Of a stretch of 39,717 nt of DNA, positions 21,438-31,152 are shown piece by piece. The stretch is from an uncultured Gammaproteobacteria bacterium (GTDB lineage Bacteria; Pseudomonadota; Gammaproteobacteria; GCA-001735895): the NCBI GenBank assembly GCA_964544945.1, contig CAZJEJ010000003.1:10962-50678 (forward strand), written 5' to 3'. The position numbers were made by a program, and so were the translations under genes. The notes below the pieces were generated by a model. The model was not told the origin of the DNA and did not search any database. It was given only the letters and a program-made list of their open reading frames with translations. How positions within the stretch are numbered: the first letter of the stretch is position 1; every line of letters begins with the position of its first letter.

Positions 21438-22535
21438 ATGCCTAATATTATTACGCGTTACCTGGCGCTGGAAATTTTAAAAAGTTGCTGCGCGACGGTG
21501 CTGATTCTATTCATTATATTAATGAGTAACGCACTGGGGCGCGTACTATCCGATATCGCCGATGGTGATGTCCCGCAACAGGCGCTTTGGCCCGTATTGT
21601 TAAGCCAGTCGATCAATATATTTTCTCTGTTATTGCCCATTGGTTTTTTCCTGGGGATCGTGTTCGCTTTCGGCCGCCTGTACAAGGACCATGAAATGGT
21701 GGTTATGAACTCCTGTGGCATGGGTTACAGGCACTTTTACCGTCCCATCCTGATCGTCATCGTGCCAGTATTCATGGTCAGCCTTTATATCAGCGTCTGG
21801 CTCAATTCGCAGGTACAACTTAACGCAAAAAATAGTGTGGATCGTGAAAAAAATACCTACGAGTTTGAGCAAATGCGCGCGGGCCAGTTTAATCAAAGTA
21901 AAAATGGCGAGTATGTATTTTTTATGAAATCGATAAGCGAGGACAGGCTCGAATTAAGCGATATTATCATCAGTCAGACTAACCGCGATCTTATGATTCT
22001 AGAGACTGCTAAAACAGGTCGACAAAAGACTGATGAGATCACCGGGGATTTGTTTTTAGTGGTGGGGCCGGGACAGAGATCTGAGGGACAGGCTGGAAAA
22101 AAAGAATACAGGATTATAGATTTTGAGCAGCACGGCATATTGGTGAAAAAGAAAAAGAACCGACAGAATCAAATCTTACGAAAGGAAGAAAAGTCACCCG
22201 ATGACCTGTGGCGATCCACGAAACTCTACGATAAAGTGGAGTTACAGTGGCGCTTCGCAATCCCGGTCGTGCTTTTAGTGCTCGCTTTGCTGGCGGTGCC
22301 GTTATCTTATATAGCGCCGAGGCAAGGCCGCTACGGCAAGGTAGGGTACGCGCTGCTGGTCTATATGGTTTACTTCAACCTGCTGGCCTATACGCGAGCA
22401 CAACTCGAAGCCGAATCTATCCCCCTGCTAATCAATTTCTGGTGGATTCACCTGGGTTTCGTGTTGTTGACACTGTCCCTCCTGCTGAAGAGAAATCGCG
22501 CATCATTTTTTCCCAGGAGGCTCGTCCCCAGGTGA
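21438..22535 (+). CDS. lptF: LPS export ABC transporter permease LptF
   Basis: YjgP/YjgQ permease family. The N-terminus ITRYLALEILKS parallels E. coli LptF IIRYLVRETLKS. Six predicted TM segments with a large periplasmic loop. Divergent from pepA, as in E. coli and Pseudomonas. Confidence 0.9.
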   Translation: MPNIITRYLALEILKSCCATVLILFIILMSNALGRVLSDIADGDVPQQALWPVLLSQSINIFSLLLPIGFFLGIVFAFGRLYKDHEMVVMNSCGMGYRHFYRPILIVIVPVFMVSLYISVWLNSQVQLNAKNSVDREKNTYEFEQMRAGQFNQSKNGEYVFFMKSISEDRLELSDIIISQTNRDLMILETAKTGRQKTDEITGDLFLVVGPGQRSEGQAGKKEYRIIDFEQHGILVKKKKNRQNQILRKEEKSPDDLWRSTKLYDKVELQWRFAIPVVLLVLALLAVPLSYIAPRQGRYGKVGYALLVYMVYFNLLAYTRAQLEAESIPLLINFWWIHLGFVLLTLSLLLKRNRASFFPRRLVPR

Positions 22536-23626
22536 TAATTAATCGCTATATTTACCGGCACGTGTACCAGGGCACCTTTATGGCGCTAGCGATACTGGTG
22601 AGTCTGGGGGTTTTTTTTACTTTTATCGGTCAGCTGGAAGATATTGGTCGCGGGGATTATACCTTGTTGCATGTGATCGAATATTCAGCACTCGTCGTCC
22701 CGGGTAAAATTGTCGAATATATGCCGATTGCGATATTACTCGGTACTATTTTGAACCTCGGTTCGCTCGCGAGTAATAGTGAAATTATCGCGATGCAGGC
22801 AGCGGGTATTTCCGTTGCCCAGTTATTGTTAACCGTATTCCGGGCCGCATTGCTTCTGGCATTGATTAGTTTTTTACTGGCAGACTGGGTAGTACCGATG
22901 AGCGAAACCAGTCTGCGTGAAATCAGGTCTTCCGCGATCAATGCAACCCAGGCTTTAAGTGGAAAGAAAGGCTTATGGGTAAAGGACGAAAACCGCATCC
23001 TCTATATAAAGCTTTTGCTACCCAAGGGCATAGCGCGGTCCATAGAAATTTATCAGCTCGACCAACAGGGGCGGTTAATATCGACGATTAAGGCCGATAG
23101 TGCAATCCCACTCGATGGTCGATGGCGCTTGCAAAAGGTGCGGCAGACAATCATTGGTGAACGAACTGTAGAAGTCAGAAATCTGGACGAGATGATATAT
23201 CCGGGGAATATTTCCAGTCAGCTACTGGAGGCATTAATGATCGAACCCCGGCATATGTCGAGTGTCGACCTGTATACTTATCGAATATTTTTACAGGAAA
23301 ATAATCTTGATGACTCGATAGAAAGTTTAACTTTCTGGCAGAAAGTTTTCGCACCACTCACAATACTGGTCATGTGTATTCTTGCGATACCCTTTGTATT
23401 GGGGTCACAACGACAGGGCAATACAGGGATACGGATCATCGTTGGTATTTTACTGGGTTTAAGCTATGTCGCTGCAGACAAGCTTCTCGTGCAACTGGGT
23501 AAACAGGTCAACATTTATCCTGCGATCAACGCACTTTTACCCACACTGTTATTTTTTATATTGGCGGTTTATTTACTGGTTAGAAAGCAATCGCATGGTA
23601 TTAGTGGCCCATCAAATTCACGTTGA
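22532..23626 (+). CDS. lptG: LPS export ABC transporter permease LptG
   Basis: GTG 22532 overlaps the lptF stop (GTGA). The product starts (V/M)IINRYIYRHV, paralleling E. coli LptG LDRYIGKTI. The ORF-track start at 22247 is an in-frame extension inside lptF. Confidence 0.9.
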   Translation: MIINRYIYRHVYQGTFMALAILVSLGVFFTFIGQLEDIGRGDYTLLHVIEYSALVVPGKIVEYMPIAILLGTILNLGSLASNSEIIAMQAAGISVAQLLLTVFRAALLLALISFLLADWVVPMSETSLREIRSSAINATQALSGKKGLWVKDENRILYIKLLLPKGIARSIEIYQLDQQGRLISTIKADSAIPLDGRWRLQKVRQTIIGERTVEVRNLDEMIYPGNISSQLLEALMIEPRHMSSVDLYTYRIFLQENNLDDSIESLTFWQKVFAPLTILVMCILAIPFVLGSQRQGNTGIRIIVGILLGLSYVAADKLLVQLGKQVNIYPAINALLPTLLFFILAVYLLVRKQSHGISGPSNSR

Positions 23627-23652
23627 TAAACCACAGGTCGGCAGATACTTAT

Positions 23653-24096
23653 CTATCGCTCCCCAACCGGAAGTGAAGATACGTCGACTATTTTGGTCTG
23701 GCTAAGTTTGTCGTGCCAGGTATAGGGTTTGAACAGGCGCCACCAGTATCCCATCCCAAAACAGGCGATAGAAAAAATTGCGAATATGATACGTAAGAAA
23801 CTGATCGACCAGTTGGGATTACCGCCAAAATCCGAAATAATCCGAATTTTCCACACACGCATGCCCAGGGTTTGCCCTGATTTACTCCAGAACCAGCTGT
23901 AAAATACAAGTATTACCAGAAATAAAGCCAGATAGATGGTTGGACTATTTTCTATTGCTTCGCCCTGGTTAAAGGCTATAGATACCGCCACGACAACGAA
24001 TAAAATCGCGAATATGAGAAGACTGTCGTAAAGCATTGCCGCGAACTGTCTGATTAAACCTGCTGGAGGACAACTGGTGTGGAGACGAGTAGCCAT
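23653..24096 (-). CDS. RDD-family integral membrane protein
   Basis: 147 aa with three hydrophobic helices. The Arg/Asp/Asp pattern characteristic of RDD domains is present (RQFAAMLYDSLL ... WHDKLSQTKIV). Confidence 0.75.
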   Translation of the reverse strand: MATRLHTSCPPAGLIRQFAAMLYDSLLIFAILFVVVAVSIAFNQGEAIENSPTIYLALFLVILVFYSWFWSKSGQTLGMRVWKIRIISDFGGNPNWSISFLRIIFAIFSIACFGMGYWWRLFKPYTWHDKLSQTKIVDVSSLPVGER

Positions 24097-24173
24097 GAGT
24101 ATAATTCGTATAAAGTTTTATTTTATTCTAAAAATTATTCAAAGTGCCAACAATAATTAATTCTGGGGGGCTA

Positions 24174-24201
24174 TTGTATTATTGAAAATGATTTTTATAA
24201 T
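24174..24201 (+). promoter_or_regulatory. Candidate sigma70 promoter of the Lys-rich gene
   Basis: TTGTAT (24174-24179), 16-nt spacer, perfect TATAAT (24196-24201), in a very AT-rich 137-nt divergent region. It lies about 30 nt upstream of ATG 24234. Confidence 0.35.
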
Positions 24202-24233
24202 AATTGGGACAAATAAATGCGAGGAGACGGGTA

Positions 24234-24767
24234 ATGGTGAAAACAATAAAAGTAACAAAGTCAGAAAAAGATAAAATATCGAAGAAACCCGTTAAAGGGA
24301 AGCAAGCTGCAATAAAAAAGAAAGCAACCAGAACCGCGGTTAAAAAGAAGGCGGTCAAAGTTGTAGCGAAAAAGAAAGTGGTAAAAAAACCTGTGGTAAA
24401 AAAGAAAGGCGCAAGAACAGTCTTCAAAAAGAAAGCAGCTAGAATCCTGGTTAAGAAGAAAGCAGTAAGAACCGTGGTTAAGAAGAAAGCCGTAAAGTCT
24501 GCAGTAAAAAAGAAGGCAGCCACTAAAAGTTCTCCAGCAGCGTCCAGGACAAAGATTTTAAGGGAAACAATTGCGTCTCTAAAGGATGATTTAAAAAATC
24601 TAAAAAAAGAATTAAAAGGTGCCAAAAAACGAGAAGTGGCAATATCCAGGTTGACCAGTCAACGGGATGCGGCGGTTGGAAAATTTCTCAGTCATTGGGA
24701 CAAGAAAGCGAATTCAGCGCTTGATAAGGCCCTGAAAACGAAGAAAACAAAAAGTTTAAAAAAATAG
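24234..24767 (+). CDS. Lysine-rich histone-H1-like (nucleoid-associated?) protein: N-terminal KKK repeats plus C-terminal coiled coil
   Basis: ATG 24234 lies 7 nt after GAGGAG; the ORF-track TTG 24204 is less likely. 177 aa with 56 Lys by my count. Eight 9-residue repeats. It has its own terminator. Confidence 0.8.
   Translation: MVKTIKVTKSEKDKISKKPVKGKQAAIKKKATRTAVKKKAVKVVAKKKVVKKPVVKKKGARTVFKKKAARILVKKKAVRTVVKKKAVKSAVKKKAATKSSPAASRTKILRETIASLKDDLKNLKKELKGAKKREVAISRLTSQRDAAVGKFLSHWDKKANSALDKALKTKKTKSLKK
24300..24521 (+). repeat. Imperfect 27-nt (9-codon) tandem coding repeats, about 8 units, purine-rich strand
   Basis: KKK codon triplets recur at residues 28, 37, 46, 56, 65, 74, 83 and 92 of the protein. 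Example units are ARILVKKKA, VRTVVKKKA and VKSAVKKKA. Confidence 0.85.
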
Positions 24768-24789
24768 GTAGAATGTATCTGGATCATAG

Positions 24790-24814
24790 GGCACATGGAT
24801 TTGTGCCTTTTTTT
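24790..24814 (+). terminator. Rho-independent terminator of the Lys-rich gene
   Basis: GGCACA (24790-24795), 6-nt loop, TGTGCC (24802-24807), then TTTTTTT (24808-24814). It starts 23 nt after the stop codon. Confidence 0.8.
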
Positions 24815-24843
24815 GCCCGAACTGTGTGAATCACAAATTAGGA

Positions 24844-25740
24844 ATGGACAACGAAGAAAAAGTAATCGACCAGTTTATTGATTCTATCTGGTCGCAAAAA
24901 GGGCTTGCAACACTCACCCTGGATGCCTATCGGCTGGATTTGAAACACTTCTCCGAATGGCTGCGAAAGCAAAAGTTGACTTTGCAAAGAGCCAGCCAGG
25001 CAAATATTCAGAATTACCTGTCGCAGCGATTTACTGCGGGTGCTTCGGCGAGAACTAACGCGAGGCTATTGTCGACGCTCAAGCAATATTATCGACACCA
25101 GGTAAAATCGGGCGACCGGCTTGATAACCCAACCGCATTGATCAACGCACCAAAGATTCACCGGATACTACCGCAGACTCCGAGCGAGCAGGATATTGAA
25201 CGCCTGTTCGCGGCACCCGATATTAACGCCAGCTTTGGATTAAGAGATCGCTGCATGCTGGAATTAATGTATAGCTCTGGTCTTAGAGTCGGTGAACTGG
25301 TATCGCTACAGGTGAGCCAGGTTAACACCAACCTTGGCCTCGTGCGACTCACGGGCAAAGGTAATAAGGAGCGAGTGATTCCAGTAGGCGAGGAAGCCTT
25401 ATACTGGCTGGCACAGTATAGTCAAAAGGCACGTGCGCAATTGCAGCGCCAGAATGTGGCAGATGATGGTCTTTTTTTATCCAGCCGGGGCAAGACCATC
25501 ACGCGGCAGGCTTTTTGGCAAAATATTAAAAAACACCTGCTAGTGGCAGGAATCAAAACTACTTATTCTCCCCATTCGCTGCGTCATGCGTTTGCAACAC
25601 ACTTACTCAATCACGGGGCCGATCTGCGTACCGTGCAAATGCTGCTAGGGCACAGCAGCCTGTCGACCACCCAGATCTATACTCATATCGCACAGGCCAG
25701 ACTGCAATCGATGCATGCGACCCACCACCCGCGAGGGTGA
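24844..25740 (+). CDS. xerD: Tyrosine recombinase XerD
   Basis: Co-linear with E. coli XerD from the N-terminus (MDNEEKVIDQFIDSIW vs MKQDLARIEQFLDALW). Catalytic block LRHAFATHLLNHGADLRTVQMLLGHSSLSTTQIYTH; ends HHPRG. ATG 24844 is preferred over GTG 24826. Confidence 0.93.
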   Translation: MDNEEKVIDQFIDSIWSQKGLATLTLDAYRLDLKHFSEWLRKQKLTLQRASQANIQNYLSQRFTAGASARTNARLLSTLKQYYRHQVKSGDRLDNPTALINAPKIHRILPQTPSEQDIERLFAAPDINASFGLRDRCMLELMYSSGLRVGELVSLQVSQVNTNLGLVRLTGKGNKERVIPVGEEALYWLAQYSQKARAQLQRQNVADDGLFLSSRGKTITRQAFWQNIKKHLLVAGIKTTYSPHSLRHAFATHLLNHGADLRTVQMLLGHSSLSTTQIYTHIAQARLQSMHATHHPRG

Positions 25741-25746
25741 ATAGTG

Positions 25747-25862
25747 ATTATTGGTCGAATAAATTCAACCCTACGAGCTGGAGAGCTTTACCAAGGGTCG
25801 AATTCAGTCGACCGGTCGCATTTCGCCTCTAATCAATGGTCGAATGAATTAAACCCGACAAA
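25747..25862. repeat. Cluster of three REP-like units in the xerD / thioredoxin convergent spacer
   Basis: Units are GGTCGAATAAATTCAACCCTAC (25753-25774), GGTCGAATTCAGTCGACC (25796-25813) and GGTCGAATGAATTAAACCCGAC (25838-25859). Each is an imperfect palindrome (GGTYGAAT nn ATTCRACC type). The first has CTAC on its 3' side, which is GTAG on the other strand. They belong to the same family as the pair at 33351-33423. Confidence 0.7.
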
Positions 25863-25873
25863 TTTAAGGGCGA

Positions 25874-26737
25874 TTAATGCAACAAGGTAAACATTTTGCG
25901 CCGATACTTTTGAACGCTGAGGTGTTCGCCACCGAGCAGGTCAAATAGTGATATCAGGCTGGTACGGCCCAGGTCGTTTTTAAACTGGCGATCGATGATC
26001 ATGATTTTTAACAGGCAATCCATGGCTTCGTCATAATTTGCGGTCGCTGAAAGGTGGAGGCTTTTTTGCCAAAGCGCCTCAAGGTCGTTCGGATCGTCGC
26101 TCAGGCGTTGATCGATTTCCTGCAATGGAGGCGTATTTTCGAGTTGCCTGGCGATATCGATCTCGGCGCGTAATTTGACCGCTTCGTCTTTCTTATTGTC
26201 TTCGTCGCTGAGGCTGTCGATTAATGCGAGTGCGCTTTCTCGGTCGCCTTGCGCGGCGACTATTTTGGCGATACTGATTTTTAAATCCGCATTTTCGGGA
26301 TCTTTAGTCAGGGCCTGATTCATCAATGCCAATGCCTCTTCAGCACGACCTTCACCAAGCGCCTGCATGGCCATGCTCATTATCTTGTCTGATTCCGAAG
26401 CGATGAAAGCATCGATAAAAGCGCGAACTTCGGATTCGGGAATTACCCCCATGCGTTCATCCGCGATCTGACCATTGACGAACAATTTCATCGTTGGCAG
26501 GCTCTTGATGCCAAAATGTGCGGCCAGCTCCTTTTCCTGTTCGGTATCTACCTTGGCGAGTATGAATTTACCGGCATATTCTTCGGCCAGTTTTGCCAGC
26601 ACCGGCATTATGACTTTGCATGGTTCGCACCAGTCGGCCCAAAAATCTACCAGCACCGGCTGCTTGAGCGAGTTTTCAATTACAAGCGCCTGGAATTCCT
26701 GCGCGCTGACGTTGTGAATATAAGGTGACTCGCTCAT
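25874..26737 (-). CDS. cnoX: Thioredoxin-domain plus TPR chaperedoxin, CnoX/YbbN-like, with an intact CxxC
   Basis: Co-linear with E. coli YbbN from MSESPYIHNV... to the C-terminal KYRRKMFTLLH (E. coli KYRRQLYALLY). Active site WCEPC. Start set at ATG 26737 because a promoter-like element lies inside the longer ORF-track version (26818). Confidence 0.85.
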   Translation of the reverse strand: MSESPYIHNVSAQEFQALVIENSLKQPVLVDFWADWCEPCKVIMPVLAKLAEEYAGKFILAKVDTEQEKELAAHFGIKSLPTMKLFVNGQIADERMGVIPESEVRAFIDAFIASESDKIMSMAMQALGEGRAEEALALMNQALTKDPENADLKISIAKIVAAQGDRESALALIDSLSDEDNKKDEAVKLRAEIDIARQLENTPPLQEIDQRLSDDPNDLEALWQKSLHLSATANYDEAMDCLLKIMIIDRQFKNDLGRTSLISLFDLLGGEHLSVQKYRRKMFTLLH

Positions 26738-26762
26738 AAATGCTAATCCTGAAAAAATACGC

Positions 26763-26793
26763 ATTATATCAATCAAATCGATCTCCATTTCAA
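26763..26793 (-). promoter_or_regulatory. Candidate promoter of the cnoX-like gene with an extended -10
   Basis: On the minus strand: TTGAAA (26793-26788), 19-nt spacer, TGaTATAAT (26771-26763). An AGGA Shine-Dalgarno follows, about 9 nt before ATG 26737. Confidence 0.35.
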
Positions 26794-26853
26794 GGCCGAA
26801 ACCGTTATAATTCGGCATAGTTTTAAATATTCTCGAAAAGAGGAAGTTAACAT

Positions 26854-28740
26854 TTGAAGAATCTGTACGATGCGGCTTCGATCGAGGTATTAACGGGGCT
26901 GGAACCGGTTAAGAAACGACCGGGCATGTATACCGACACCACTCGGCCCAACCATCTGGCACAAGAAGTTATCGACAATAGCGTGGATGAAGCAGTTGTC
27001 GGATTTGCTACTCAAATTGGAGTTATTCTGCATGCCGATCAATCGCTTAGCGTGATCGACGATGGGCGTGGCATGCCAGTCGATATACACCCCCAGCAGG
27101 GTATCCCCGGGGTCGAGGTGATCTTCACCAAGTTGCACGCCGGGGCAAAATTTTCTGACAAAAATTATCAGTTTTCCGGGGGGTTGCATGGGGTCGGTGT
27201 GTCGGTGGTCAATGCTTTGTCGAGTCGTCTGGACGTTCGCGTGCGACGGGAGGGCAAGGAGTATTCGATCGGTTTCGAGCACGGTGACAGAAAAAGTAAA
27301 CTGATAGAAATCGGCAAGGTAGCTAAGAAGAAATCGGGTACCACGATAAGGTTTTGGCCGGATGGGCAGTATTTTGACAGCGCTGCCTTTTCGATCAGTA
27401 AGTTAAAGCATGTACTGCGTGCCAAGGCTGTTTTATGCCCTGGATTGAGGATCAGGTTTTTTGTTGAAAAAACCGGGGAGTCGGAGGAATGGTTTTACGA
27501 AGATGGACTGTCTGACTATTTACTCGACGCGCTTTCGGGGTATGAGTTGCTCCCCGAACGACCTTTTCTTATTTCGGTACAGGGCGAGCAAGAGGCGGTT
27601 GACTGGGCTTTGCTGTGGTTACCAGAAAAAGGCGAGGGTGTTACAGAAAGTTATGTCAATTTGATTCCGACGCCGCAAGGAGGAACGCATGTTAACGGAT
27701 TGCGCACCGGGTTGACCGAGGCGATCAGAGAATTCTGCGACTTTCGCAACCTGTTACCACGGGGTGTAAAAATTGCGCCCGACGATGTCTGGGATAAGAT
27801 TTGTTATATTCTCTCGGTGAAAATACGGGATCCACAATTTTCGGGCCAAACCAAGGAGAGATTATCATCGCGTGAAACCGCAGCATTTGTGTCTGGCATC
27901 GCCAGGGATTCCTTTAGTCTGTGGTTAAATCAGCATACCGAAGTGGGCGATCTGCTGGCACATATGGCGATCTCGAGCGCACAAAAAAGACTCAAGTCGG
28001 CAAAAAAAGTAGTTCGTAAAAAAGTCACCACTGGCCCGGCATTACCGGGCAAACTGGCCGATTGCAGCAGTCAGGATATGAGCCGAACCGAATTGTTTCT
28101 GGTCGAGGGCGACTCTGCCGGTGGTTCGGCCAAACAGGCTAGAGACCGGGCATTTCAGGCGATCATGCCATTGCGGGGAAAAATACTTAACACCTGGGAA
28201 GTGCCATCGGATCAGGTACTCGCCTCGCAGGAAGTACACGACATATCTATTGCGATCGGGGTAGAGCCGGGTTCGGACGACCTGTCTAATTTACGCTATG
28301 GCAAGATATGTATACTCGCCGATGCAGATTCCGACGGTGCGCACATCGCGACATTGCTTTGCGCGCTATTTTTGCGTCATTTTCAGTCCCTGGTGGAAAA
28401 GGGGCACGTTTACGTGGCCAAACCCCCTTTGTATCGTATCGATATCGCCAAGGATAAGTATTATGCACTCGACGAAGCCGAGCGTGACGGTATTATCGAT
28501 CGGCTCACAGCGGAAAAGAAAAAGGGTAAGGTGATGGTCACTCGGTTTAAAGGGCTGGGGGAAATGAATCCGCTGCAATTACGCGAAAGTGCTATCGCAC
28601 CAGACACCCGGCGCCTGACTCAACTGACCATCGAGGCTGGCGATAAAACATTTGAAGTTATGAATATGATGTTATCCAAAAAACGTGCGTCTGACCGGAA
28701 GGAGTGGTTGCAGGCCAGGGGAAACCTGGCGGAAGTTTAA
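26854..28740 (+). CDS. parE: DNA topoisomerase IV subunit B
   Basis: Long near-identical blocks with E. coli ParE (IEVLTGLEPV, RPGMYTDTTRPNHL, ADQSL.VIDDGRGMPVDIHP, EGDSAGGSAKQARDR, PL.GKILNTWEV, YGKICILADADSDG). About 630 aa, without the GyrB insertion. TTG start at 26854, about 9 nt after GAGGA. Confidence 0.95.
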   Translation: MKNLYDAASIEVLTGLEPVKKRPGMYTDTTRPNHLAQEVIDNSVDEAVVGFATQIGVILHADQSLSVIDDGRGMPVDIHPQQGIPGVEVIFTKLHAGAKFSDKNYQFSGGLHGVGVSVVNALSSRLDVRVRREGKEYSIGFEHGDRKSKLIEIGKVAKKKSGTTIRFWPDGQYFDSAAFSISKLKHVLRAKAVLCPGLRIRFFVEKTGESEEWFYEDGLSDYLLDALSGYELLPERPFLISVQGEQEAVDWALLWLPEKGEGVTESYVNLIPTPQGGTHVNGLRTGLTEAIREFCDFRNLLPRGVKIAPDDVWDKICYILSVKIRDPQFSGQTKERLSSRETAAFVSGIARDSFSLWLNQHTEVGDLLAHMAISSAQKRLKSAKKVVRKKVTTGPALPGKLADCSSQDMSRTELFLVEGDSAGGSAKQARDRAFQAIMPLRGKILNTWEVPSDQVLASQEVHDISIAIGVEPGSDDLSNLRYGKICILADADSDGAHIATLLCALFLRHFQSLVEKGHVYVAKPPLYRIDIAKDKYYALDEAERDGIIDRLTAEKKKGKVMVTRFKGLGEMNPLQLRESAIAPDTRRLTQLTIEAGDKTFEVMNMMLSKKRASDRKEWLQARGNLAEV

Positions 28741-28795
28741 CCCACCTTGCAGATGAATTTTGTAGAACCGACCCGACCCAAAAGTAAAAATATTA

Positions 28796-31048
28796 ATGGC
28801 TGAAAATCTGGAGCTCAATTACGAGGGTATCGAACAGCAGGCACTCCACGTGTTTACTGAAAAGGCATACCTCGATTATTCGATGTACGTTATTCTCGAT
28901 CGTGCCTTGCCGCACATCGGTGATGGGTTGAAGCCGGTACAACGTCGAATTATATACGCGATGTCGGAACTTGGCCTTTCTGCCAGTTCAAAGCACAAAA
29001 AGTCAGCGCGTACCGTTGGCGATGTACTCGGTAAATTTCACCCGCACGGAGATACCGCCTGCTACGAAGCGATGGTATTGATGGCACAGGACTTTTCTTA
29101 CCGTTACCCACTAATCGATGGACAGGGAAATTTCGGTTCGCCGGATGACCCAAAATCATTTGCTGCAATGCGTTACACCGAATCGAGATTATCAGCTTTT
29201 TCAAAGCTGCTATTGCAGGAACTCGGGCATGGTACCGTCGACTGGGTTGCTAATTTCGACGGTACCATGCAGGAACCAACGTTATTACCGGCTCGCCTAC
29301 CGCATATTTTACTCAATGGTACGACCGGTATCGCAGTGGGTATGGCGACCGATTTACCACCGCACAATTGTCGCGAGATTGCGCGGGCCTGCGTGCTCCT
29401 GCTGGAGAATTCGCGCACCACGATGGATCAGTTGCTCGAGCAGGTAAGGGGCCCGGATTATCCCACCGATGCCGAGATTATCACCCCGCTGGAAGAGTTG
29501 CGAAACCTGTATGAAACGGGGCACGGATCGATACGTATGCGTGCAGTATACGAGCGGGAAAATGGGGATATCATCGTCACGGCCTTACCCCAGCAGGTAT
29601 CTGGAGCCAGGGTACTCGAACAAATCGCCCAGCAAATGCTGGCGAAAAAGTTGCCTATGGTCGACGATTTACGCGACGAGTCCGATCATGAGAATCCCAC
29701 TCGCCTGGTAATAGTGCCGCGATCCAACCGGGTAGATGTCGAAGCGATGATGGGGCATCTGTTTGCTACTACCGACCTGGAAAAAACCTACCGCGTCAAC
29801 ATGAATATGATTGGCACAAATGGTAAACCGCAGGTGAAAAATCTGAAGCAAATTCTTCAGGAGTGGATCGCGTTCCGGATTTCGACCGTGAGGCGGCGCC
29901 TCGAATGGCATCTGGACAAGGTGAATAAACGCCTCCACATTCTCGAAGGCCTGTTGATTGCCTATTTAAACCTGGACGAGGTGATCCGCATCATCCGTAG
30001 TGAAGATGAGCCAAAGCCAGTGTTAATTAAAGCCTTTAAAATTTCTGAAATCCAGGCCGATGCGATTCTGGATACCCGCTTGCGCCATCTGGCCAAACTG
30101 GAGGAAATGAAAATTCAACAGGAACAACAGGCGTTGAATGCGGAAAAACAGGCACTGGAAAAATTGCTTGGCTCTGATCGTCGTATCAGGACACTGATCA
30201 AAAGAGAAATACTTGAAGATGCAAAGACCCACGGTGACGATCGTCGTTCGCCTATCGTTAGTCGTGATGCGGCGCGGGCCCTGGATGAAACCGACCTGGT
30301 GCCTTCGGAAGCTCTGACCGTGGTGCTATCGGCAAAAGGGTGGGTACGGGCTGCGAAAGGGCACGATATCGATGTGAAGGCACTGAATTACAAATCAGGA
30401 GACGCTTTCCAGTCGCTAGCGCAGGGTAAGAGTAACCAAAGCGTCGTTTTCATCGATTCGCATGGTCGCAGTTACGCCCTCGCTGCGCATTCGTTGCCCT
30501 CGGCACGAGGCCAGGGAGAGCCGCTTACCGGTCGCTTTAAACCAGCCGCGGGAGCGGAATTTGTTAGTTGTTTAATGGGCGGCAACGATGATTTGTATTT
30601 ACTCTCCAGTTCGCATGGTTATGGGTTTGTATGTCGCTTCGAAGATATGTTAACGCGCAATAAAAATGGCAAGGTCCTGATCAGCATCTCAAAAGGAGCC
30701 GGCCTGATGCCCGCTGGCGCGATTACTGATAAAGAAAATGGCGTAGTGGTTTCGATCACGAGCGAGGGTTATATTGGCTTGCTCGGTATCGATGCGATTC
30801 CTCAATTGTCAAAAGGCAAGGGCAACAAGATTCAGGGCATACCACCTAAGCGACTCAAGTCAGGGGAGGAGTCAATAGGTTTTATCGCCTGCTTGTCGGG
30901 TAGTCAAAAACTGCTCGTGCATGCCGGTAAAAAGTACAAATCGATGACGCTACGAGAACTGGAAGAATATCGTATCGAGCGCGGAAAGCGTGGACGTAAA
31001 CTGCCGCGTGGATACCAGAATGTGAGCGCCATAAAAGTTGTTGATTGA
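28796..31048 (+). CDS. parC: DNA topoisomerase IV subunit A
   Basis: Active-site Tyr context [10 protein letters not shown], with [10 protein letters not shown] and HPHGD blocks. 750 aa, which is ParC-sized rather than GyrA-sized. Immediately downstream of parE. Confidence 0.93.
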   Translation: MAENLELNYEGIEQQALHVFTEKAYLDYSMYVILDRALPHIGDGLKPVQRRIIYAMSELGLSASSKHKKSARTVGDVLGKFHPHGDTACYEAMVLMAQDFSYRYPLIDGQGNFGSPDDPKSFAAMRYTESRLSAFSKLLLQELGHGTVDWVANFDGTMQEPTLLPARLPHILLNGTTGIAVGMATDLPPHNCREIARACVLLLENSRTTMDQLLEQVRGPDYPTDAEIITPLEELRNLYETGHGSIRMRAVYERENGDIIVTALPQQVSGARVLEQIAQQMLAKKLPMVDDLRDESDHENPTRLVIVPRSNRVDVEAMMGHLFATTDLEKTYRVNMNMIGTNGKPQVKNLKQILQEWIAFRISTVRRRLEWHLDKVNKRLHILEGLLIAYLNLDEVIRIIRSEDEPKPVLIKAFKISEIQADAILDTRLRHLAKLEEMKIQQEQQALNAEKQALEKLLGSDRRIRTLIKREILEDAKTHGDDRRSPIVSRDAARALDETDLVPSEALTVVLSAKGWVRAAKGHDIDVKALNYKSGDAFQSLAQGKSNQSVVFIDSHGRSYALAAHSLPSARGQGEPLTGRFKPAAGAEFVSCLMGGNDDLYLLSSSHGYGFVCRFEDMLTRNKNGKVLISISKGAGLMPAGAITDKENGVVVSITSEGYIGLLGIDAIPQLSKGKGNKIQGIPPKRLKSGEESIGFIACLSGSQKLLVHAGKKYKSMTLRELEEYRIERGKRGRKLPRGYQNVSAIKVVD

Positions 31049-31152
31049 TACACGGTGGTTGGTAACTGATTTTTTTCTAAAAACGCTTTGCGTGACCCGT
31101 ACTTTTGCGATGGCGTCGATAAACCTGAACCTTTTCTCTTGCCAGGTTGCTC

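Noticed and set aside
22247-22531. N-terminal extensions given by the ORF track. For lptG this is 22247-22531. The same applies to mraY from 4455, murD from 5609, ftsW from 6894, ftsA from 13327, cnoX-like up to 26818, DUF2007 from 38265, and the secreted protein from 38654.
   Set aside because: The extensions overlap the upstream gene, and in each case alignment to the reference protein N-terminus points to the downstream start.
24179-24625. 148-aa Phe/Thr/Ala-rich ORF antisense to the Lys-rich gene.
   Set aside because: It is a mirror artefact: AAG/AAA Lys codons read as CTT/TTT on the other strand. The sense gene has the SD, promoter and terminator.
26795-26816. Hairpin GCCGAA-n10-TTCGGC upstream of the cnoX-like promoter, considered as another REP copy.
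   Set aside because: It shares only the GCCGAA/TTCGGC stem with the REP family and lacks the GTAG flank and the loop context. It may be a decayed copy, but this cannot be supported.
31112-31131. GGCGTCGATAAACCTGAACC in the parC/fimX-like spacer, loosely similar to the REP unit GGTCGAATAAATTCAACC.
   Set aside because: It does not form the palindrome and lacks CTAC/GTAG, so the similarity is too weak.
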